This document shows, in pieces, positions 1 through 10,259 of a stretch of DNA of 32,000 nucleotides. Numbering within the stretch: the stretch's first letter is position 1; every line of letters starts with the position of its first letter. The DNA comes from Vibrio alginolyticus NBRC 15630 = ATCC 17749 (GTDB lineage: Bacteria > Pseudomonadota > Gammaproteobacteria > Enterobacterales > Vibrionaceae): the NCBI RefSeq assembly GCF_000354175.2, contig NC_022349.1:1710001-1742000 (forward strand). Direction: 5' to 3'. The position numbers and the translations under genes are program-made. The notes under the pieces were generated by a model. The model saw only the letters and a program-made list of their open reading frames with translations. It was not told the origin of the DNA and did not search any database.

Positions 1-1438
1 TGTACGCCAGAGATTGAGCACGCTTGAACAACATCGACTTTTTTGGATGAGTACCAACAAGCCAACGATGCAAGCTATAAGCGATATTGGTAACATTTCT
101 CTCTGGCTCTTCAATCAGTGCGACCGCCGCCAAAGCAGCATTTAACATCTTATCACTGTAAGATTGCGCTTTAATTAGCATCGCAGCCGCACGAGGCTCA
201 ACGCCTAGTTCATGCGCCTGTTTTCCTTCGGACGTTAATTGCCCTTTTTCCGTCAGTAGTCCCAATGACACCAATAGCTGCTTCGCTTGTTCCAATGACG
301 CATTAGCGGGAACATCAAGCCACTTTAGATCGTGGATATCACTCGCTCCCCAAAAGGCAAGCTCCATAACTAAACTAGCTAAATCGGAATGCAAAATTTC
401 GGGTTGGGGAACCAGCGGTTGCTGCTTGAACTGGTTTTCAGAATAAAGACGAACACAAATGCCCTCTTCTATTCGTCCCGCTCGTCCTGCACGCTGAATC
501 GCTGAAGACTGTGCAATGCGTGTTTGCTCTAAGCGTGTTAAACCGTTTTTCAAATCAAAGCGGGCAATACGCTCTAACCCAGAATCAACGACGAGGCGAA
601 TGCCTTCAATCGTTAGTGAAGTTTCTGCAATGTTGGTCGCTAGAACGACTTTACGCTTACCTTGTTCTGCTGGCGTAATCGCTTTTTGTTGATCTGCAAA
701 GCTCAGTTGACCATAAAGTGGGCATACGTCGATATCATCCGCTAAATGAGACAACCGCTCTTCAACTTGTTTTATGGCACCAACACCCGGTAGGAAAGCT
801 AACAAAGATCCAGACTCTTTGTTCATAAGACTTTCTATTGTTTTTGCCATACTCGTAGGTAAATGCTCGTTCACACCTAACGGCTGGTAGCGCATTGCCA
901 CATCAAAGCTGCGCCCTTCAGATTCAATGTAACTAGCTTCCGGCAACAACGATTGTAATGCTTGTTGGTCAAGCGTTGCCGACATTACCACCAGCTTGAG
1001 ATCGTCTCGCAATGCCTCTTGAACTTCTAAACTGAATGCCAAAGCGGTATCGGCATGAATGCTGCGTTCATGAAACTCATCAAAGATCAGTAGATCAACC
1101 CCATCCAGTTCAGGGTCAGTTTGGATCATCCTGGTCATGATCCCTTCGGTCACGATCTCCAGCTGCGTTGCAGAACTTACCTTTGCCTCGCCACGAACTC
1201 GATAACCCACGCGTTGACCAACTTGTTCTCCCAATTGCTCAGCAAGATAACGGGCAATGTTACGCGCCGCGAGTCGTCTTGGCTCAAGCATGATGATTTT
1301 TCCAGCAACCGAATGATTTAAGAGTAACTGCAAAGGGAAGTAAGTCGACTTACCGGCACCAGGCGCCGCTTTTAAGATCACTTGATGTTGATTTTTGACC
1401 GCCGTCAGCAACTCAGGCATCACGGCTTCAATCGGCAA
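1..1438 (-). CDS. hrpB: ATP-dependent RNA helicase HrpB, N-terminal part (the gene runs off the left edge)
   Basis: The minus-strand frame is open to position 1. The translation begins ...LPIEAVMPELLTAVKNQHQVILKAAPGAGKSTYFPLQLL (Walker A GAGKST), continues through ...LLIFDEFHERS (DEFH/DEAH box) and ends ...ALIEEPER.... The N-terminus parallels E. coli HrpB (MSSLPVAAVLPELL). The start is uncertain: in-frame candidates are TTG 1438, GTG 1423 and ATG 1420. The ATG at 1481 is out of frame. Confidence 0.9.
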   Translation of the reverse strand, partial: MPIEAVMPELLTAVKNQHQVILKAAPGAGKSTYFPLQLLLNHSVAGKIIMLEPRRLAARNIARYLAEQLGEQVGQRVGYRVRGEAKVSSATQLEIVTEGIMTRMIQTDPELDGVDLLIFDEFHERSIHADTALAFSLEVQEALRDDLKLVVMSATLDQQALQSLLPEASYIESEGRSFDVAMRYQPLGVNEHLPTSMAKTIESLMNKESGSLLAFLPGVGAIKQVEERLSHLADDIDVCPLYGQLSFADQQKAITPAEQGKRKVVLATNIAETSLTIEGIRLVVDSGLERIARFDLKNGLTRLEQTRIAQSSAIQRAGRAGRIEEGICVRLYSENQFKQQPLVPQPEILHSDLASLVMELAFWGASDIHDLKWLDVPANASLEQAKQLLVSLGLLTEKGQLTSEGKQAHELGVEPRAAAMLIKAQSYSDKMLNAALAAVALIEEPERNVTNIAYSLHRWLVGTHPKKSMLFKRAQSLAY

Positions 1439-1513
1439 TTGTGACAAAGGAAATACCTTATGGTGTAATGGTGGCAACATTGTACATAAAAAATTTTTTG
1501 TCTAAATAAGCAA

Positions 1514-2230
1514 ATGCATTTCACACCCGCTTTAGAGTCCGCCACTCTACTCAAACGTTATAAACGCTTTCTTGCCGATATCGAGCTCGATACTGGTGAA
1601 ATCCGTACAATCCACTGCGCAAATACAGGTGCAATGACGGGTTGTGCAACGCCCGGAAACAAAGTTTGGTTTTCTACTTCCGACAACCCGAAACGAAAAT
1701 ACCCCAATAGTTGGGAGTTGAGTGAGACCGAACAAGGCCACCGTATTTGTATCAACACCGCGCGTGCCAATCAATTAGCCGTAGAGGCTATTGAAAATAA
1801 TGTCATTTCAGAGCTTTATGGTTATGACACACTTCAAACTGAGGTGAAATACGGCAATGAAAATAGCCGAATTGATATCTTGCTCAGCGCAGACGACAAG
1901 CCAAAGTGCTATATAGAAGTGAAAAGCGTCACTCTTCTTGATGAGACCGACTCTACTGGACAAGGATACTTCCCAGATGCGGTCACGACTCGGGGACAAA
2001 AACACCTGAGAGAGCTCACAGAAATGGCACAAAATGGAAGTAGAGCCATACTTTTATTCACTGTTTTACATTCAGGTATTGAAAAAGTATCCGCGGCGCA
2101 CCATATAGACGCGAAATATTCACTATTACTCAAACAAGCACAAGACGCTGGAGTGGAAGTTCTCTGCTACAAAGCTGAACTGAGCGATACTGGAATGAAG
2201 CTGATTTCCGCTATTGATTTTATCAATTAA
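1514..2230 (+). CDS. sfsA: Sugar fermentation stimulation protein SfsA
   Basis: 238 aa with an ATG start. It is collinear with E. coli SfsA ([12 protein letters not shown]..., [32 protein letters not shown]) and sits in the conserved position next to dksA. Confidence 0.93.
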   Translation: MHFTPALESATLLKRYKRFLADIELDTGEIRTIHCANTGAMTGCATPGNKVWFSTSDNPKRKYPNSWELSETEQGHRICINTARANQLAVEAIENNVISELYGYDTLQTEVKYGNENSRIDILLSADDKPKCYIEVKSVTLLDETDSTGQGYFPDAVTTRGQKHLRELTEMAQNGSRAILLFTVLHSGIEKVSAAHHIDAKYSLLLKQAQDAGVEVLCYKAELSDTGMKLISAIDFIN

Positions 2231-2366
2231 GAGAAAAAATGATGTCGTCTTCACATTGACGATAACTTTGCGATTCAGTATTTGCTTGCACCGCCTCTTT
2301 TTGCTATAGATACCCGCCTTAAATTGACTGCGTAGCAGTTGACTAGGTGTAAGTAGGAGATGCTGT

Positions 2367-2813
2367 ATGCCAGAATCAAAGAAGAAAACGATAGGCATCC
2401 TAGCCATTGCCGGCGTGGAGCCATATCAGGAAAAACCTGGTGAAGAGTACATGTCACCAGAGCAGGTTGAACACTTTACGAAAATCTTAACAGCTTGGCG
2501 CGACCAGCTAAGAGCTGAAGTGGATCGTACTGTTCACCACATGCAGGACGAAGCAGCAAACTTCCCAGATCCAGTTGACCGCGCCTCTCAAGAGGAAGAG
2601 TTCAGCCTAGAACTGCGTAACCGTGACCGCGAACGCCGTTTGATCAAGAAGATTGAAAAGACTTTGGATAAAATCAAAGAAGACGATTTTGGCTTCTGTG
2701 AGTCTTGTGGCGTAGAGATTGGCGTTCGCCGTCTTGAAGCACGTCCAACCGCTGACCTTTGTATTGACTGTAAAACACTTGCAGAAATCAAAGAGAAGCA
2801 AATGCAAGGTTAA
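2367..2813 (+). CDS. dksA: RNA polymerase-binding transcription factor DksA
   Basis: 148 aa with [19 protein letters not shown] and the C4 zinc finger [26 protein letters not shown] strong SD (AGGAG, 2354-2358) lies upstream of the ATG. Confidence 0.97.
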   Translation: MPESKKKTIGILAIAGVEPYQEKPGEEYMSPEQVEHFTKILTAWRDQLRAEVDRTVHHMQDEAANFPDPVDRASQEEEFSLELRNRDRERRLIKKIEKTLDKIKEDDFGFCESCGVEIGVRRLEARPTADLCIDCKTLAEIKEKQMQG

Positions 2814-2835
2814 TCACCCAGCATTATGATTGTTG

Positions 2836-2863
2836 AAGGGAGCTCAGGCTCCCTTTTTGTTTT
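2836..2863 (+). terminator. Rho-independent terminator after dksA
   Basis: Stem GGGAGC / loop tcag / stem GCTCCC (2838-2853), followed by TTTTTGTTTT. Confidence 0.8.
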
Positions 2864-2908
2864 GGCTATCTTCGCACCCTATTTGTTTACTAAATTCGAG
2901 ATACACGC

Positions 2909-3772
2909 ATGACACGCTATGTAGGTCGATTCGCCCCATCTCCTTCTGGTCCACTGCATTTTGGTTCACTGATTGCCGCTCTTGGCAGTTATTTTCAAGC
3001 GAAAGCACAAAACGGAGCTTGGTTAGTACGTATTGAGGACTTAGACCCACCAAGAGAAATGCCAGGTGCAGCGCAACTTATCCTAGAGGCACTCAAGGCC
3101 TATCAGCTGCATTGGGATGGAGAAGTGGTATACCAGAGCGAACGTCACGACCTTTACCAAGCTCAAATAAACAAATGGCTCGAAAATGGGGAAGCCTATT
3201 ATTGCCAATGTACTCGTAAGCAAATTAAAGAGCATGGCGGTTTTTATCCTGGCACTTGCCGCGATAAAAACTTGAAAGACGGCGCGATTCGCCTAAAAAT
3301 GACCAAGCCTGTCGCTCATTTCCTCGACCAAAAGCGGGGAACCATTACTATTCCAGAGCAACTCGTTAATGAAGATTTCATTATTAAACGTCGAGATGGA
3401 TTATTTGCTTATAATCTTGCGGTAGTATTGGACGACATCGACCAAGGCGTCACAGAAGTCGTGCGAGGTGCAGACTTAATCGAGCCGACAGGGCGTCAAA
3501 TTAGCCTGTACCAAATACTTGGTCAGCCTGAAGTTAGCTACTTGCATTTACCATTGGCGATGGACAACAACGGCAATAAATTGTCGAAACAAAATCACGC
3601 GACGGCTATTGATATAGATACACCAAAACCTACTCTATTGCGCGCCATGACATTTTTAGGTTTCGAGATACCTGAAACCGTAAGGGCGGCCAACATAGAA
3701 GATATTCTTCGTTGGGGCTGCGAAAACTGGCGCTTGGAACAGCTTCCAGCAGAGATCGAGATCACACCGTGA
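2909..3772 (+). CDS. gluQ: Glutamyl-Q tRNA(Asp) synthetase
   Basis: 287 aa. It carries the truncated GluRS-like catalytic domain, with [16 protein letters not shown] (HIGH-type motif) and KLSKQ. It sits in the conserved dksA-gluQ-pcnB order. Confidence 0.93.
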   Translation: MTRYVGRFAPSPSGPLHFGSLIAALGSYFQAKAQNGAWLVRIEDLDPPREMPGAAQLILEALKAYQLHWDGEVVYQSERHDLYQAQINKWLENGEAYYCQCTRKQIKEHGGFYPGTCRDKNLKDGAIRLKMTKPVAHFLDQKRGTITIPEQLVNEDFIIKRRDGLFAYNLAVVLDDIDQGVTEVVRGADLIEPTGRQISLYQILGQPEVSYLHLPLAMDNNGNKLSKQNHATAIDIDTPKPTLLRAMTFLGFEIPETVRAANIEDILRWGCENWRLEQLPAEIEITP

Positions 3773-3874
3773 TTCTCAAATGGCATTGTGTAGGCTATCA
3801 TTAGCCGCAAATTAGGCCCTAGAGGCGTATAAAACTAACCAAAGCAAGATTGGATTAAACCCAGTTATTGCCAG

Positions 3875-5242
3875 ATGCACATGAATACAAACGACTATAC
3901 ACCAAGCGAACCTGCCACAATTCCAGAGCTCGCTCTCAATGTAATAACTCGTGAAGAGCACAACATTTCGCGTAAGCAGATCAGTGATAATGCGCTGAAG
4001 GTACTGTACCGCCTAAATGGTGCTGGTTTCGATGCTTTTCTTGTGGGTGGCGGGGTTCGAGACTTACTGCTTGGACAAAAACCAAAAGATTTTGACATTG
4101 CGACCAACGCAACGCCGGAACAGATCAAACAGCTATTTCGTAACTGCCGTTTGATTGGTCGCCGCTTCCGCTTGGCTCATATTATGTTTGGCCGAGACAT
4201 CATTGAGGTTGCGACATTCCGTGGTCACCACCAAGAGCAAAAGAATAAGAGCATTTCTCAGCAATCAAAAGAGGGTATGCTGCTGCGTGACAACGTCTAC
4301 GGCACCATCGATGAAGATGCTGAGCGCCGTGATTTCACGATTAACTCGATGTACTACAACATCGCAGATTACTCGATTCACGACTACGCACGTGGTATTG
4401 AAGATTTAGAAGATCGCCTAATTCGACTGATTGGTGATCCAGAAACACGCTACCGTGAAGACCCTGTGCGCATGCTGCGTGCGGTTCGTTTCGCGGTAAA
4501 ACTAGACTTTGATATTGAAGAAGACACCGCAGCGCCAATCGAACACATGGCACCGTTGCTCGGTGACATTCCGTCAGCGCGTCTTTTTGAAGAGTCACTC
4601 AAATTATTGCAATCCGGTCATGGCTTAGAAACCTACCACCTACTGCGTGAGTACAACCTATTCCAGCAACTATTCCCGACGATTGCAGCGCACTTTACAG
4701 AAGATTACTCCTCTCACACTGAGCAGATGTTGGATCTTGTCCTAGATTCTACCGACATGCGCATCGAAGATGGGAAACGCATCAATCCAGCATTTATGTT
4801 TGCTGCAATGCTGTGGTACCCACTGTGTGCGAAAGCCGATGAACTGATGGAAGAGCGCAACTTAGGCCATTACGACGCCATTATGGAAGCGAGCAACATC
4901 ATTCTTGACGAGCAAGTTCGGACAATTGCCATTCCAAGACGCCACACCGCAACCATTCGCGAGATTTGGCAGTTACAGCTTCGTCTTCCACGACGTAACG
5001 GTAAACGTGCATTCCGTCTTATGGAGCTCAATAAATTTAGAGCTGGCTTTGATTTTCTTGAAATGCGCGGTGAAATTGAAGGTGGTGACACTCAGAAACT
5101 TGCCAAGTGGTGGGAAACTTTTCAAAATGCAGGCCGAGAAATGCGTCAAGCAATGGCTGCCGACTTAGACGGTCAATCACCGAAAACAGGCCAGCGCCGC
5201 CGTAAAACTTATCGCAAGAAAAAGAGTAAGCCCAAATCATGA
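3875..5242 (+). CDS. pcnB: Poly(A) polymerase I
   Basis: 455 aa with LVGGGVRDLLLGQKPKDFDIATNATPEQ, RLIGRRFRLAHIMFG and a basic C-terminal tail (QRRRKTYRKKKSKPKS). The exact start is uncertain (ATG 3875 or 3881); E. coli pcnB uses a non-canonical start. Confidence 0.93.
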   Translation: MHMNTNDYTPSEPATIPELALNVITREEHNISRKQISDNALKVLYRLNGAGFDAFLVGGGVRDLLLGQKPKDFDIATNATPEQIKQLFRNCRLIGRRFRLAHIMFGRDIIEVATFRGHHQEQKNKSISQQSKEGMLLRDNVYGTIDEDAERRDFTINSMYYNIADYSIHDYARGIEDLEDRLIRLIGDPETRYREDPVRMLRAVRFAVKLDFDIEEDTAAPIEHMAPLLGDIPSARLFEESLKLLQSGHGLETYHLLREYNLFQQLFPTIAAHFTEDYSSHTEQMLDLVLDSTDMRIEDGKRINPAFMFAAMLWYPLCAKADELMEERNLGHYDAIMEASNIILDEQVRTIAIPRRHTATIREIWQLQLRLPRRNGKRAFRLMELNKFRAGFDFLEMRGEIEGGDTQKLAKWWETFQNAGREMRQAMAADLDGQSPKTGQRRRKTYRKKKSKPKS

Positions 5243-5724
5243 TTACAGCGTACATTGCGGTAGGCAGTAACTTGGCTGATCCTGTAAGCCAAGCGAAGCA
5301 AGCGATTGAAGCATTAAAAACGCTGCCTAAATCAGAGTTTGTTCAAGCTTCTTCGCTATACAGCAGCACGCCAATGGGGCCACAAAACCAACCGGATTAC
5401 ATCAATGCGGTTGTGTCTATTAACACCAGTTTGACGCCTATTGAATTGCTCAATTGCACACAAGCTATAGAGCAAGAACAAGGGCGTGTCCGTAAAGACG
5501 AACGCTGGGGACCAAGAACCTTGGACCTCGACATTGTGCTTTATGGCAATGAGGTGATTAATTCCGAGAGGCTGATCGTTCCTCATTATGGAATGAAAGA
5601 GCGTGAATTCGTACTCTACCCTCTTGCGGAAATTGCACCAAGTTTACAACTCCCTGATGGGACCGAGGTCTCTAAACTACTGGAACAAGTAGATAGAAAC
5701 GGCCTCAGTATCTGGCAGTCATAG
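5239..5724 (+). CDS. folK: 2-amino-4-hydroxy-6-hydroxymethyldihydropteridine pyrophosphokinase
   Basis: 161 aa with AYIAVGSNL, WGPRTLDLDI and the HPK fold signature. ATGA overlap with the pcnB stop (5239-5242) suggests translational coupling. Confidence 0.93.
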   Translation: MITAYIAVGSNLADPVSQAKQAIEALKTLPKSEFVQASSLYSSTPMGPQNQPDYINAVVSINTSLTPIELLNCTQAIEQEQGRVRKDERWGPRTLDLDIVLYGNEVINSERLIVPHYGMKEREFVLYPLAEIAPSLQLPDGTEVSKLLEQVDRNGLSIWQS

Positions 5725-5748
5725 CCAACTCCTAGTAAGGATAAAACC

Positions 5749-6543
5749 ATGAAAAAAATGACCATCAACGACCTAATCAAGTGGAAGCAAGAAGGTCGTA
5801 AATTTGCTACTTCAACCGCTTATGATGCGAGCTTTGCCCAACTGTTTGAAAGCCAAGAAATGCCAGTACTTCTTGTCGGTGATTCTCTAGGTATGGTTTT
5901 GCAAGGTCACAACGATACTCTACCAGTAACGGTCGATGATATCGCTTACCATACTCGTTGCGTACGCGCTGGTAGCCCAAATTGTTTGTTGATGGCAGAC
6001 ATGCCATTCATGAGCTACACCACGCCAGAGCAAGCTTGCGAAAATGCGGCTAAACTGATGCGTGCTGGTGCCAATATGGTAAAAATTGAAGGTGGTGACT
6101 GGCTTGTCGACACGGTGAAAATGCTCACTGAACGATCAGTTCCAGTTTGTGCTCATCTTGGTTTAACTCCTCAAGCTGTTAATATTTTTGGTGGTTACAA
6201 AATCCAAGGTCGCGATCAAGAAAAAGCAGACCGCATGGTAAAAGACGCATTAGCGCTGCAAGAAGCAGGCGCTCAAATCGTCTTACTAGAATGCGTACCA
6301 GCTGAGCTTGCTGAACGTATTACGCAAGTGCTTGACGTTCCTGTTATCGGTATTGGTGCAGGTAACGTAACAGATGGTCAGATTCTCGTAATGCATGATA
6401 TGTTTGGTATTTCTGCCAACTACATGCCGAAATTCTCCAAAAACTTTCTTGCTGAAACAGGTGATATGCGCAAAGCCGTTACTAAATACATTGAAGATGT
6501 AGCCAACGGTGTATTCCCAGACGACGCTCATACCATTGCCTAG
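5749..6543 (+). CDS. panB: 3-methyl-2-oxobutanoate hydroxymethyltransferase
   Basis: 264 aa with [16 protein letters not shown] and HLGLTPQ motifs. An AAGGA SD lies upstream. Confidence 0.96.
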   Translation: MKKMTINDLIKWKQEGRKFATSTAYDASFAQLFESQEMPVLLVGDSLGMVLQGHNDTLPVTVDDIAYHTRCVRAGSPNCLLMADMPFMSYTTPEQACENAAKLMRAGANMVKIEGGDWLVDTVKMLTERSVPVCAHLGLTPQAVNIFGGYKIQGRDQEKADRMVKDALALQEAGAQIVLLECVPAELAERITQVLDVPVIGIGAGNVTDGQILVMHDMFGISANYMPKFSKNFLAETGDMRKAVTKYIEDVANGVFPDDAHTIA

Positions 6544-6554
6544 AGGATAAATGC

Positions 6555-7460
6555 ATGCAAACTTTTGCGGAAATCTCAGCAGTTCGTGAACACCTTAAAA
6601 CCTTTAAACGTGAAGGTCGTAAAGTGGCGTTTGTCCCTACCATGGGCAACCTTCACGAAGGCCACTTAACTTTAGTGCGTAAAGCACGCGAATACGCTGA
6701 TATCGTTGTCGTAAGCATCTTTGTTAATCCGATGCAGTTTGATCGTGCAGACGATTTAAATAATTACCCACGCACGCTAGAGGAAGACTTAAGCAAGTTA
6801 ACCTCTGAAGGGGTCGATGTGGTATTTACGCCAACACCAGAAGTTATCTACCCAGAAGGTCTGGATAAGCAAACCTTCGTCGATGTCCCTGGCCTATCAA
6901 CAATTCTCGAAGGCGCGTCTCGACCAGGTCATTTCCGTGGCGTAACGACGATTGTGAATAAGCTGTTTAACATCGTACAACCGGATGTCGCGTGCTTCGG
7001 CGAGAAGGACTTCCAACAACTTGCGGTTATCCGCAAGATGGTTGATGACCTAGCAATGGACATTGAAATCATCGGTGTACCAACCGTACGTGAAATGGAC
7101 GGTTTAGCAATGAGTTCACGCAATGGCTTGCTTACGCTGGACGAGCGTCAACGTGCGCCTGTACTTGCTCGTACAATGCGTTGGATCAGTAGTGCCATTC
7201 GCGGTGGCCGCGATGACTACGCATCGATCATCGAAGATGCAAGCGACCAACTTCGAGCTGCAGGTCTGCACCCTGATGAGATCTTCATTCGTGATGCTCG
7301 TACATTACAAGTGATCACACCAGAAACGACACAAGCTGTCATTCTGATGTCTGCGTTCCTAGGCAAAGCTCGTCTTATCGATAACCAAACGGTAGATATG
7401 GTTGTCGAAGCGAAGGAAGAAGCTGAATCTAACAATACAAACTCAGAGAGCGCAGAGTAA
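6555..7460 (+). CDS. panC: Pantoate--beta-alanine ligase
   Basis: 301 aa with [15 protein letters not shown] and FGEKDFQQL. It carries an acidic low-complexity C-terminal tail ([17 protein letters not shown]) beyond the usual PanC length. Confidence 0.96.
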   Translation: MQTFAEISAVREHLKTFKREGRKVAFVPTMGNLHEGHLTLVRKAREYADIVVVSIFVNPMQFDRADDLNNYPRTLEEDLSKLTSEGVDVVFTPTPEVIYPEGLDKQTFVDVPGLSTILEGASRPGHFRGVTTIVNKLFNIVQPDVACFGEKDFQQLAVIRKMVDDLAMDIEIIGVPTVREMDGLAMSSRNGLLTLDERQRAPVLARTMRWISSAIRGGRDDYASIIEDASDQLRAAGLHPDEIFIRDARTLQVITPETTQAVILMSAFLGKARLIDNQTVDMVVEAKEEAESNNTNSESAE

Positions 7461-7478
7461 GCTCTGAGTCATAAAAGT

Positions 7479-7508
7479 AAAAAGGTCGACTCTTAGTCGA
7501 CCTTTTTT
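7479..7508. terminator. Bidirectional rho-independent terminator between convergent panC and the acyltransferase gene
   Basis: AAAAAGGTCGAC / tctta / GTCGACCTTTTTT. The stem is perfect, with an A-run on one side and a T-run on the other. Confidence 0.85.
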
Positions 7509-7513
7509 ATACT

Positions 7514-8455
7514 CTACGTATAGACGCAATCTAACCCTTCAGGGCGAGTTTTAAACCGCTTGTGCAGCCACATCCACGCTGGAATATCACGTTTTATCAT
7601 TTTCTCAAGCTCTTGGTTCAAGATGCTTGCCGCTTTAACCGCATTACGTCTCTCGAAACGCTCGCTAATGTCTTTTCCAATGTACAGCGTGTAATGGTGA
7701 TTTTTACTCACTGTAACGCCAGATATAACCGCGCACTTTGTTGCATCAATGAGAACACTAGACCCGACGGTACTCGCCGCTTGTTCAACAGCAAAAAACG
7801 GCGCAAAAACAGAATGGCTAACGCCATAATCATGGTCGGGCAAATACCAAAGTCGATGACCACTCTTCAGAACTTTGAGCATTGATTTCACGTCTTTTCG
7901 ATCAATCATTTGATGTCCAAAACGAGTTCGACCTCGATGTTGAATAAACTCATAAGCAGGATTCGAATTTGGGCGATAAACGCCATAACCTTGGGCAAAC
8001 CGGCTAAAAATACGAGCGGTTATCTCCAAGTTTAAATGGTGACTGCACACCACCAACACACCACGTCCATTCTTTTCCTCAGCGAGTAAACGATCTTTTC
8101 CAACAATAGAGGTTATCCGACGTATCCGCCAATCTGGCCAAAACCAGGCGATACCGGTTTCGATGATCGCCATTCCAGTATATTGAAAGTTTTTTCGTAC
8201 TACGTCCTTACATTGCCAATCCGTAAAATCAGGGAAACACAGCTGGAGATTACGCAGAGCGATCTTGTGTCGGCGCTTCATTACATGCATCGCAATACAG
8301 CCGATGCTTCTACCTAAGATTCGTAATACTACGTATGGCAGTACATTAACAAGAATCGCTAAAGATCCAAATGCCAGCCATACAGACCAATATTTGGGCT
8401 TAAATAATTGATAGGAGAAAGGCGGCGGCGGGACAATATTCATAGGATCACTCAT
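7514..8455 (-). CDS. LpxL/LpxM/LpxP-family lipid A late (secondary) acyltransferase; paralog specificity not assignable by eye
   Basis: 313 aa. It is collinear with E. coli LpxL: an N-terminal membrane anchor after ...KPKYW, RNLQLCFP, WFWPD, the CSHHLNLE (HX4E) catalytic motif, YRPNSNP, LPDHDYG, FFAVEQAAST and WLHKRFKTRPEG. Confidence 0.88.
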   Translation of the reverse strand: MSDPMNIVPPPPFSYQLFKPKYWSVWLAFGSLAILVNVLPYVVLRILGRSIGCIAMHVMKRRHKIALRNLQLCFPDFTDWQCKDVVRKNFQYTGMAIIETGIAWFWPDWRIRRITSIVGKDRLLAEEKNGRGVLVVCSHHLNLEITARIFSRFAQGYGVYRPNSNPAYEFIQHRGRTRFGHQMIDRKDVKSMLKVLKSGHRLWYLPDHDYGVSHSVFAPFFAVEQAASTVGSSVLIDATKCAVISGVTVSKNHHYTLYIGKDISERFERRNAVKAASILNQELEKMIKRDIPAWMWLHKRFKTRPEGLDCVYT

Positions 8456-8527
8456 TTATTACAAATGATTGAAACCTACCATGATAAAAACCGAAAAATT
8501 GTATGGGTATGTATTGTTATGCACGCG

Positions 8528-8554
8528 AAAGAGCAGCATGAGTCGCTGCTCTTT
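8528..8554 (-). terminator. Hairpin downstream of yadH; possible weak terminator
   Basis: AAAGAGCAGC / atgagtc / GCTGCTCTTT. There is no clean U-tract on the minus strand, so termination is only tentative. Confidence 0.35.
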
Positions 8555-8570
8555 GCTTTATGAGAATGGC

Positions 8571-9341
8571 TTAGCTTCTTAGGCCAATCCCTTTGGTTAC
8601 TAGGTAATGCGCAATGGCATACAGTGCAACAACAAACACTGCAAGTACACTAAATGAAGTGACAATGCCCACATCCGAGACACCTAAAAAGCCGTAGCGA
8701 AACGCATTCACCATGTAGACGATTGGGTTGATCTTAGAAACGCCTTGCCAAAATTCAGGCAGCAGACTGATCGAATAAAAGACTCCTCCCAAGTAAGTTA
8801 AAGGAGTCAATACAAACGTAGGGATGATCGAAATATCGTCAAACGTTTTTGCGTAAACCGCATTGATCAAGCCACCGAGAGCAAATACAACCGACGTCAT
8901 GAAGACAGTCGCGACAATAATGCCCCAGTGCTTCACTTGCAAATCAACGAACAAAAGTGACACACAAGTAACAATTGCACCGACCAACAAACCTCGAGTC
9001 ACGCCGCCCATCACGTAGCCAGCAATAATCACATAGTTTGGTACCGGTGCCACCAGCAGTTCTTCAATGTTCTTCTGTAGCTTTGCACTAAAGAATGACG
9101 ACGCCACGTTCGAGTATGAGTTGGTGATCACCGACATCATGATCAAACCTGGAACAATGTACTCCATGTAACTAAAGCCGCTCATCTCACCAATTCGAGA
9201 GCCAATAAGATTGCCGAAAATGATGAAGTACAACGTCATCGTAATGGCTGGCGGCACTAAGGTTTGCACCCAAATACGTGTAAAACGAGTGACTTCTTTG
9301 CTCAGCAAGCTGCGAAATGCCGTCCAATATAAACCGTACAT
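8571..9341 (-). CDS. yadH: ABC-2 type transporter permease YadH
   Basis: 256 aa, polytopic and hydrophobic, of ABC-2 permease type. Its ATG directly abuts the yadG TAA stop (TAAATG), as expected for an operon pair. Confidence 0.9.
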   Translation of the reverse strand: MYGLYWTAFRSLLSKEVTRFTRIWVQTLVPPAITMTLYFIIFGNLIGSRIGEMSGFSYMEYIVPGLIMMSVITNSYSNVASSFFSAKLQKNIEELLVAPVPNYVIIAGYVMGGVTRGLLVGAIVTCVSLLFVDLQVKHWGIIVATVFMTSVVFALGGLINAVYAKTFDDISIIPTFVLTPLTYLGGVFYSISLLPEFWQGVSKINPIVYMVNAFRYGFLGVSDVGIVTSFSVLAVFVVALYAIAHYLVTKGIGLRS

Positions 9342-10259
9342 TTAATTACTCCCCTCTCTTACAATGCTGACAAACAACTCTTCAAGTCGGTTGGCTTTGT
9401 TACGCATTGAGAGAACTTTAATGCCATGCTCTGTTAACTGACTGAATACCGAATTCAATCCTTGGCTCTTATCTAGTTCTATCTCTAAAGAGCCATCAAC
9501 AATACTTTGTCGATTAACACCTTCAAGCTCAGGCACCTCGACTTCTGACTCAATATCCAAGATAAATGTCTCGACGCTTAGCTTACCTAGTAACGCCTTC
9601 ATGGTGGTATTTTCAATCAGCTCACCACGATTAATAATGCCGATATTTCGACACAGCATCTCCGCTTCTTCTAGGTAGTGTGTCGTTAAAATAATCGTAA
9701 TTCCTTGCTCTTGGTTGATCTCTTTCAGAAACCCCCACATTGAGCGGCGTAGTTCAATATCCACTCCAGCCGTTGGTTCATCTAAAATGAGTAATTGCGG
9801 CTCGTGCATCAAAGCTCTTGCGATCATTAAACGACGCTTCATCCCACCGGATAGGTTACGAGCACGCTCTTGGCGTTTTTCCCATAAATCCAATTTTTTC
9901 AGGTATTTTTCTGCTCTTTCTTTGGCTAACACTTTAGACACACCGTAATAGCCAGCTTGCTGCATCACAATTTGCTCAACGGTTTCAAACTGGTTGAAGT
10001 TGAACTCTTGTGGCACCAAGCCTAAATTCTGCTTGGCCAATTCGAGGTCGGTATCAATGTCATAACCGAAAACTTTCGTCGTTCCGGAGGTTTTATTCAC
10101 TAAGGAGGAAATGATGCCAATCGTGGTCGATTTTCCTGCACCATTGGGACCCAGAAGCGCGTAGAAGTCACCCTTTTTCACTTGGAGACTTATACCTTTT
10201 AACGCCTCAAAGCCACCTGCATACGTCTTGCGCAGTTGTTCAATTTCTAATGCGTACAT
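9342..10259 (-). CDS. yadG: ABC transporter ATP-binding protein YadG
   Basis: 305 aa with Walker A GPNGAGKST, signature LSGGMKRR and Walker B LLILDEPTAGVD. It is near-collinear with E. coli YadG along its whole length. Confidence 0.94.
   Translation of the reverse strand: MYALEIEQLRKTYAGGFEALKGISLQVKKGDFYALLGPNGAGKSTTIGIISSLVNKTSGTTKVFGYDIDTDLELAKQNLGLVPQEFNFNQFETVEQIVMQQAGYYGVSKVLAKERAEKYLKKLDLWEKRQERARNLSGGMKRRLMIARALMHEPQLLILDEPTAGVDIELRRSMWGFLKEINQEQGITIILTTHYLEEAEMLCRNIGIINRGELIENTTMKALLGKLSVETFILDIESEVEVPELEGVNRQSIVDGSLEIELDKSQGLNSVFSQLTEHGIKVLSMRNKANRLEELFVSIVREGSN

Noticed and set aside
1431-1481. The ATG at 1479-1481 (minus strand) looks like the obvious hrpB start, 32 bp from the divergent sfsA start.
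   Set aside because: Codon-by-codon reading shows it is in a different frame from the helicase. It gives MLPPLHHKVFPLSQIAD and then hits TGA after 17 codons. The helicase frame (…LPIEAVMPELL…) has only TTG 1438, GTG 1423 or ATG 1420 as possible starts.
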